A DNA stretch of 12,803 nt from Candidatus Hadarchaeota archaeon (GTDB lineage Archaea; CAYQAE01; CAYVLA01). Each line of letters starts with the position of its first letter. Position 1 is the stretch's first letter. The notes beneath the pieces were generated by a model. It worked only from the letters and a program-made list of their open reading frames with translations, had not been told where the DNA came from and made no database searches. The DNA lies in contig CAYVLA010000089.1 in assembly GCA_964452145.1 (NCBI GenBank), positions 1-12,803 on the forward strand, given 5' to 3'. Shown piece by piece: positions 7,265-12,803 of the stretch. The position numbers were made by a program, and so were the translations under genes.

Positions 7265-8539
7265 CTATCTCTTCTTTGAGCCCTCTCTGGACAGGCCTGA
7301 AACCAGGTCTCTGTATATCTGCAGAACCTCATCGGCTATCCTGTCCCAAGAGAAAAGGCTCTCGGCTCGCAACCTGCCCGCCTCTCCCATAGCACGAGCA
7401 AGTGCCTCGTCCTCAAGTATTCTTAGCATCCCTTCGGCGAGTCGCTCGACATCCCGTCTCTGAACGAGCAGACCCGTTATTCCATTCTGCACCACCTCCG
7501 GAATCCCACCTCCGGACGTTGCCACGACCGGCTTGGAGCAGCCCATTGCTTCGATCAGAGGGATTCCGAAAGGCTCATCCCACACAGAGGGCACGACCAG
7601 AAGACGACAGGATGCAAGGTAGGGCATCACGTCGGAGTGGGGAAGCTTGCCGTGAAAGATGACCCTGTCCTGAATACCCAGCGAACGGACCCGGTCTTGA
7701 AGATATCCATAGTACTGAGACAGAGAACCTTGCGTATAGAAAGAGGAGAGCGCTTTTGTCATAGGGTCGCGGGTCACGTCTATAGCCAGTTCCGTCGGGA
7801 GCTGCCTATGCCCTCCGATGATCCGGAGGCAGGCCTCGGGAAACCTCTCCAGTACCAACCTGAAGGCCTCTAACAGGATATGCACCCCCTTCTCGGGCGA
7901 GACCCTTCCGACGAAGACTATCTCGCTACTCTTCGCAGGGTCGCCTGGGATCCTTCTGAGGTGATCGGGATCAATGCCATTGTAGACTGTTCTGACGTCC
8001 TGGCGCGGATAGCGGTTCCGGATTCGGTCCGTGATGAAGTCGCTGCAACCGAGGACCGCATCTACGCTACGAAGCCTTCGGGAGGCCCGAGCAAGGTCCT
8101 GATCGGAGAGGTACTCGCACTGCATGTGGAGCACGATCTTCGTCCGAGGGTTCATCAAACGGATGATCGGCGCGAACTGTGAGAAGAAGTGCACGTGTGC
8201 GACGTCGACCTTCAGCGACCTCATATGCCGGGATGCTCTCATCGCATAACCGAGGCAGTATGCGGCCCAGTTGAATGAGAGTGGACCCAACTTCGTAAGA
8301 CGACGAAGCCTCTGATACGACCTAACAATGCGGTCATCCACTCTGATGTCGATGGTCCGGTAGGATAGCCCGTCCAGATCCTCCAAGCCTCCGCAAGGCC
8401 TCCGTCCGGGAGCGTATACTGTGACTTGCTCGGATCTGGCCAGACGGGCCGACACCTCCCGAGTCCACAGCCCCACCGAGTTCGCGTAGGAGTCTAAGCG
8501 ATCAAAGGGCTGGCTCACGAAAGCGATCCTCAATTCCAT
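7265..8539 (-). CDS. Glycosyltransferase family 4 (GT-B fold)
   Basis: 424 aa with VYNGID, IVFVGRVSPEKGVHILLEAF, E-x7-E motif PSVWDEPFGIPLIEAMGCSKPVVAT, GGIPEVV and FSWDRIA. Confidence 0.95.
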   Translation of the reverse strand: MELRIAFVSQPFDRLDSYANSVGLWTREVSARLARSEQVTVYAPGRRPCGGLEDLDGLSYRTIDIRVDDRIVRSYQRLRRLTKLGPLSFNWAAYCLGYAMRASRHMRSLKVDVAHVHFFSQFAPIIRLMNPRTKIVLHMQCEYLSDQDLARASRRLRSVDAVLGCSDFITDRIRNRYPRQDVRTVYNGIDPDHLRRIPGDPAKSSEIVFVGRVSPEKGVHILLEAFRLVLERFPEACLRIIGGHRQLPTELAIDVTRDPMTKALSSFYTQGSLSQYYGYLQDRVRSLGIQDRVIFHGKLPHSDVMPYLASCRLLVVPSVWDEPFGIPLIEAMGCSKPVVATSGGGIPEVVQNGITGLLVQRRDVERLAEGMLRILEDEALARAMGEAGRLRAESLFSWDRIADEVLQIYRDLVSGLSREGSKKR

Positions 8540-8548
8540 CCTTCCCCG

Positions 8549-9784
8549 TCAAATCAGATGAGGCGAAGGTATTGGTATGACGAACTTCCCGCCCTTCGTC
8601 CTATAGGCATCCTGCTGGGCCAGTATCTCTTCCGCGAAGTTCCAGGTGAGCAGAAGAACGTAGTCCGGCATGTCCTCCAGCAGCTTGGAGGGATGGAGGA
8701 TGGCGAGATGGTTTCCGCCCATGAAACGCCCCTGTTTATTGGGATTCAGATCCACGACATAGTCGAGCATCGTGGCACCAATGCCGCAGAAAGCCATCAG
8801 AGCAGTGCCCTTCGCGGCGGCACCATAGGCAACGACCCTCTTTCCATGATTCTTCAAACCCCATAGCAATTCCAAGAGATCCTCCCTGACTGCCCTTACC
8901 CGTCTCGCAAAGTCCTCGTATGGCGCAATCGAATCGAGCCCTTTTTGATCCTCTCTTTCGAGGAAGACCTGAACCGACGCCTCGACCCTCTCATGGAGTT
9001 CAACGTAGAGGCGGAGGGACCCCCCGTGGATCGGCAGATGGCGTACGTCATTCAGGTAGAGCGAGTGTCTTCTGAATAGGTTGTCAAGTGCCTTGACCGA
9101 GAAGTAGCAGAGGTGTTGGTGGTATATCGTGTCGAACTCCGTCTTGTCGAGGAGGTCGACCACATACGGCACCTCCATGACGGCCATGCCGTCTTCCTTG
9201 AGGACGGTTCCGATCCCCTCCACGAATCCGTTCAGATCGGCCACGTGAGCCAGAACGTTATTCGCAATCACGAGATCTGCAAGCTTGCCTTCCTCCCTCA
9301 TCTGCAGAGCCAGTTCACGCCCGAAAAAGGCCTGGCGGGTCGGGACCCCGGCTCTTCGGGCCATGCGGACCGGTCCTTCCGCTGGGTCGATTCCGAGAAC
9401 CGGGATGCCCGCCTCGACGAAGTTGCGGAGCATGTATCCGTCATTGCTCGCGATCTCCACCACGAAGCTATCGGGACCGATGCGCCTAGACTCGATCAAC
9501 TCGAGGGCATTCTGCCTTGAATGACGTAGCAGCGTTCCGGAGACTGAGGAGTAGTAGGGGTAGTCACGACAGAATAGGATCTCTGGATCAACGGTCTCCA
9601 GGATCTGCATCAGACTGCAGTCGGGACAGAAAGCCACCGTCACGGGCACCCTTGGTTCGGGCTGTCCTAGCTGTTCCTTGTTCAGAAGTGCATCGGCCAA
9701 GGTGGATTCGCCGAGACTGAGGAAGGCTGTCAGACCGCGGCCGCCACAGGAGCGGCAAGCCTCTACGGTATGGTAGATCGGCAC
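8549..9784 (-). CDS. NDP-hexose C-methyltransferase (TylC3/EryBIII/TcaB9/NovU-like family)
   Basis: Zn motif CRSC...[63 protein letters not shown] and [15 protein letters not shown]. The GTG start is preceded by GGTGA overlapping the upstream stop. Confidence 0.93.
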   Translation of the reverse strand: MPIYHTVEACRSCGGRGLTAFLSLGESTLADALLNKEQLGQPEPRVPVTVAFCPDCSLMQILETVDPEILFCRDYPYYSSVSGTLLRHSRQNALELIESRRIGPDSFVVEIASNDGYMLRNFVEAGIPVLGIDPAEGPVRMARRAGVPTRQAFFGRELALQMREEGKLADLVIANNVLAHVADLNGFVEGIGTVLKEDGMAVMEVPYVVDLLDKTEFDTIYHQHLCYFSVKALDNLFRRHSLYLNDVRHLPIHGGSLRLYVELHERVEASVQVFLEREDQKGLDSIAPYEDFARRVRAVREDLLELLWGLKNHGKRVVAYGAAAKGTALMAFCGIGATMLDYVVDLNPNKQGRFMGGNHLAILHPSKLLEDMPDYVLLLTWNFAEEILAQQDAYRTKGGKFVIPIPSPHLI

Positions 9785-9788
9785 GTGC

Positions 9789-10844
9789 TCACCCGGGTCG
9801 GGAAACGATCTGCGTCGGGGTCTGCCGAGGCCTGAAGGTATCGTCCACGAGGCCCCTTTCCAGGAGCTGCTTAAGGTGAGCGATTCGCTTAAACCTCGAT
9901 CCTTCGAACTCGTCCTGGCTTAACCCGCATTTCCTGTAGGCTTGGTAGAGCTGCTGGGCCCCCCGGCGAGCGTCCCATTCTGGTCTGAACTGCGGCAGAG
10001 TCCTCGATAGCTTGCCGCAATCGACCCTGTAGCAGCGCTTGTCCGGTCCGGCACCAGGCGCGAAGACGATCCGGGAGCCGGAAACGGTCTCTCTGACAAT
10101 CTGGGCAAGATCTCGAATCCTGTGATTGTCAGCGGTTCGCCCCACATTGAAGGCTTGGTTACACACTTGATCGGCGTCGGCCTCAAGAACGGCCGAGAAA
10201 GCTGCTGAGATATCTTCGACGTGAACGATGGGTCGCCAAGGTGTGCCGTCGCTCTTCAACATGACCTGTCCTGTCGTGCATGCCCATGCAACCAAGTTGT
10301 TGAGCACGAGGTCAAAACGAATGCGGGGAGACAGTCCGTAGGCAGTGGATGAGCGAAGAAAGACCGGCACGAATCCAGATCGAGCGAGGGTGGCTATCCG
10401 CCTCTCTGCCTCAAGCTTCGAGGCGCCATACGGGGTCACTGGGTGGGTCTGGGATTCCTCGGTTAGAATCCGATCGTCCGAAGCACCGTAGACGCTGCAC
10501 GAGGACGAGAAAAGGAAGCGCTCCACACCAGCTGATCGGGCGAGTCCGGCCAGGCGGACGGAGGCCAAGCAGTTGATCTCGTGTGTCAGATTGGGGTTGA
10601 GATCGCCCAACGGGTCATTGGACAGAGCGGCTAGATGGACAACTGCATCGATATCCCTCAGATCCGAGGCTTGGGCATCCCGGATGTCCTTGACCATCAA
10701 AGGTATGTCCGGTGGGGAACCACAGTATGTGCACCTCGCGTACAGGTCACTATCCATCCCCACCACATCATGTCCCCTTGAGACCAGCACTGGAACCATG
10801 ACGCACCCGATGTAGCCCATGCACCCCGTCACAAGCAATCGCAT
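9789..10844 (-). CDS. Extended SDR, NAD-dependent nucleotide-sugar epimerase/dehydratase family
   Basis: The likely start is ATG 10844 ([13 protein letters not shown]), with AGGTGG upstream. Other motifs are [20 protein letters not shown], catalytic [16 protein letters not shown] and [15 protein letters not shown]. Confidence 0.92.
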   Translation of the reverse strand: MRLLVTGCMGYIGCVMVPVLVSRGHDVVGMDSDLYARCTYCGSPPDIPLMVKDIRDAQASDLRDIDAVVHLAALSNDPLGDLNPNLTHEINCLASVRLAGLARSAGVERFLFSSSCSVYGASDDRILTEESQTHPVTPYGASKLEAERRIATLARSGFVPVFLRSSTAYGLSPRIRFDLVLNNLVAWACTTGQVMLKSDGTPWRPIVHVEDISAAFSAVLEADADQVCNQAFNVGRTADNHRIRDLAQIVRETVSGSRIVFAPGAGPDKRCYRVDCGKLSRTLPQFRPEWDARRGAQQLYQAYRKCGLSQDEFEGSRFKRIAHLKQLLERGLVDDTFRPRQTPTQIVSRPG

Positions 10845-10854
10845 TCCTGGCCAC

Positions 10855-11574
10855 CTAGTCCCAGATCTTCCAAGGAGCATCGCCTCTGAGCCACATCTCC
10901 TCCAGCAACCTCTTCTCATACATGGTGTCCATGCACTGCCAGAAGCCGTCGTAAAGGTATGCCATTAGCTCTCCATCCCGCGCGAGGTTCTCCATGGGCT
11001 CCCTCTCCCAGGGCATGTCATCCCTCTGGACGTAGTCCAGCACCCCGGGTTCCAGGACGAAGAACGCTCCGTTGATCCAGTAATCATCGAGCCTTGGCTT
11101 CTCTTCGAATCGGGTCACCCTGTTGCCAGATAGCGTGAGATGACCGAACCTCGAGGGAGGCCTGACCGCAGTTACGGTGGCCAGCTTCTGATGCGAGTTG
11201 TGGAAGGCCAACAGATCGGCTAGGTTGAGGTCCGAGACGCCATCCGACCAGGTCATCATGAAGGTGTCGTCCAGAAGGTGACCCAGACGCCTCAGGCGGC
11301 CACCGGTCTGAGTCCCCAACCCGGTGTCGACTAGGTCCATATGCCAAGTCGACTCAGGACCTTCTGTCGACCGGAGGTGTCGGGCCCATTGCCTGATCTG
11401 TCTCCCCCTGTAACCTAAGGCGATTATGAAGTGGCGCAAGCCGTACCAGGAGTAGTGCATCATCACATGCCAGATTATGGGTTTGTTACCTATCTTGACC
11501 AAGGGCTTCGGCCTGAGTCTAGTCTCTTCGGAGAGCCGAAGCCCATTCCCTCCGGCAAGTATCACGACCTTCAT
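10855..11574 (-). CDS. rfbF: Glucose-1-phosphate cytidylyltransferase
   Basis: The likely start is ATG 11574 (MKVVILAGGNGLRLSEETRLRPKPLVKIG). Also PIIWHVMMHY, LVDTG...TGGRL, TWSDGVSD, ATVTAVRPPSRFG, WINGAFFV, and the RfbF-type C-terminus GFWQCMDT...LEEMWLRGDAPWKIW. 239 aa. Confidence 0.88.
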   Translation of the reverse strand: MKVVILAGGNGLRLSEETRLRPKPLVKIGNKPIIWHVMMHYSWYGLRHFIIALGYRGRQIRQWARHLRSTEGPESTWHMDLVDTGLGTQTGGRLRRLGHLLDDTFMMTWSDGVSDLNLADLLAFHNSHQKLATVTAVRPPSRFGHLTLSGNRVTRFEEKPRLDDYWINGAFFVLEPGVLDYVQRDDMPWEREPMENLARDGELMAYLYDGFWQCMDTMYEKRLLEEMWLRGDAPWKIWD

Positions 11575-11597
11575 GCGATCGGTCTGATTGGAGCGTC

Positions 11598-12527
11598 TCA
11601 GGACCCATACCCCCCTGCATAGTACTTGTAACCCCAACGCGTGCGTTTGAGGATGGGGGACGCAACGTCGATGGCTAGATGTTTCCATCCCTTTCTCGTC
11701 CACCGCAAGACCTGGAGCAGGCAGGCTATCCTCTCGGAGTCGTTGAGCGGTACGCACATCACTGAGCGGGTGAACTCGCACATATTCTTCCAGTATGGCA
11801 GGACGATCCTGCCCTTCTTCGAGGTGTCAAACCATGCGAGCCGATCCCTGTAATTGGGGATGGTCCTCAGAGAAGTTCCGGGGTGATCCCTCCTGTAGAA
11901 AAGGTACTCCGGTAACTCGTGGAGTCTTCCGTACAGGCCGAGCTCCGCCAAGAGGTTGCGGTCCGAGCCTATGTAGGAGCCCATCAGGGGGGTCTTGGCC
12001 AGCACGCTTGTCCTGATCACGCCGAATATCAAGGTGCAGAAGTGCCTCACCAAGACGAGGTCGGAGAAACGCTCGTGTACTCTTGAAGAATCCGTCCTGA
12101 GGCTAGAATCGTAGTTCCCGGTTACGCTGCCTTCCCGATCGATGCGCAGGGTCCTGCTGTGGCAGAGAACGACTCCGGGATCGGCTTCCAGCACAGCGAC
12201 GCATTTAGCCAGGTAATCGGCACTTATCAGATCGTCGTGCGCGGCCCACTTGAAGTACTTGCCGGTGGCCAGCTGATACACACGGTTGAAGTTGGGGGAA
12301 CCGCCCAAATTGCTGTCATTGCGGTAATAGGCGATGCGGTTGTCTCTGGATGCGAACTGGCGGCATATGTTCTCGGTATCGTCCGTCGAGGCATTATCCG
12401 AGATTATGAGCTCGAAGTTTCTGTATGACTGGGAAAGGATGGACCGGAGAGCCTCGCCTAGGTAACGTTCGGCATTGTACAAGGGAAGACCTATACTGAC
12501 TAGGGGCATTTTCGAACCCACGGTCAC
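11598..12527 (-). CDS. Glycosyltransferase family 2 (GT-A fold)
   Basis: VSIGLPLYNAERYL, ELIISDNASTD, NLGGSPNFN, YFKWAAHDDL (DxD-like), GSDRNLLAEL and PEYLFYRRDH. The start is GTG 12527 or ATG 12509. Confidence 0.95.
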   Translation of the reverse strand: MTVGSKMPLVSIGLPLYNAERYLGEALRSILSQSYRNFELIISDNASTDDTENICRQFASRDNRIAYYRNDSNLGGSPNFNRVYQLATGKYFKWAAHDDLISADYLAKCVAVLEADPGVVLCHSRTLRIDREGSVTGNYDSSLRTDSSRVHERFSDLVLVRHFCTLIFGVIRTSVLAKTPLMGSYIGSDRNLLAELGLYGRLHELPEYLFYRRDHPGTSLRTIPNYRDRLAWFDTSKKGRIVLPYWKNMCEFTRSVMCVPLNDSERIACLLQVLRWTRKGWKHLAIDVASPILKRTRWGYKYYAGGYGS

Positions 12528-12571
12528 GCCTCTTGACTCCGTCCGACTGATCGGCGATAGGCGCGATGAGA

Positions 12572-12577
12572 GTTAAA
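12572..12577 (-). promoter_or_regulatory. Candidate TATA box (TTTAAC) for the glycan operon
   Basis: An AT-rich hexamer about 45 nt upstream of GTG 12527. A GGAG motif lies between them, which fits a leadered transcript. Confidence 0.35.
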
Positions 12578-12770
12578 GTCCGACCCCGCGTACCATCAAA
12601 GCGGTTTCAATTGGTTCCCGTCTCGGCCTGTCTCGGCATTGCCCCCGATGGGCAGACCTAGGGTTCTTAGCGGAGATGCACCGGCTCTCCTGGCATTGAG
12701 ATCCGGACCTGGACCCAGAGCAGCCCTTTAACGGAGAACCTCCTCGCCTCAAGATCCGAGGGGACTAAGT

Positions 12771-12803
12771 GTGCCATTCCCGAGATACTGCCCCACGAAA
12801 ACC
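12771..12803 (+). CDS. Possible start of a divergent gene (MPFPRYCPTKT..., truncated by the window edge)
   Basis: TTTAAC at 12727-12732, GAGGGG at 12758-12763, then GTG 12771 with an open frame to the edge. Only 11 codons are visible. Confidence 0.25.
   Translation, partial: MPFPRYCPTKT

Noticed and set aside
9789..10844. Calling the SDR rfbG because it follows rfbF
   Set aside because: It lacks the RfbG signatures TGHTGFKG and TSDK.
10845..10919. 25-aa N-terminal extension of the SDR
   Set aside because: It overlaps rfbF. The Rossmann motif starts at ATG 10844, which has an SD-like AGGTGG upstream.
11575..11781. 69-aa N-terminal extension of RfbF in the ORF track
   Set aside because: It overlaps the 3' end of the GT2 gene, and family similarity begins at MKVVILAGG (11574).
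634..12428. Many 60-185 aa antisense or alternate-frame ORFs over the main genes
   Set aside because: These are expected in high-GC coding DNA, and none has family motifs.
1..12803. CRISPR array, transposase, integrase or reverse transcriptase
   Set aside because: No regularly spaced repeats and no matching protein motifs were seen, and there is no obvious compositional break by eye.

Overview
A GC-rich, gene-dense window that is probably archaeal. The evidence is TATA-like boxes about 23-24 nt before the first ATG of three units, GGTGA/GGAG ribosome-binding motifs before internal genes, and frequent AGG/ATA codons. It has four blocks. (1) A GNAT acetyltransferase on the - strand that runs off the left edge and is missing from the ORF track. 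(2) A - strand operon of a TauB/SsuB-type ABC ATPase, a PaaK-family acyl-CoA ligase and a TauC/SsuC-type permease, with no substrate-binding protein. (3) A divergent + strand pair of a class I SAM methyltransferase and a second, CapK-like PaaK-family adenylate-forming enzyme. (4) A six-gene - strand glycan operon: GT2, glucose-1-phosphate cytidylyltransferase (RfbF), an extended SDR epimerase/dehydratase, an NDP-hexose C-methyltransferase, GT4 and a second, diverged C-methyltransferase. The most interesting reading is a probable archaeal pathway for a CDP-activated C-methyl-branched sugar. It lacks a canonical RfbG-type 4,6-dehydratase and a separate ketoreductase, and both methyltransferases lack the usual Glu of the E-H motif. 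No rRNA, tRNA, CRISPR array or mobile element was recognised. Family calls come from reading motifs by eye; no database search was run.
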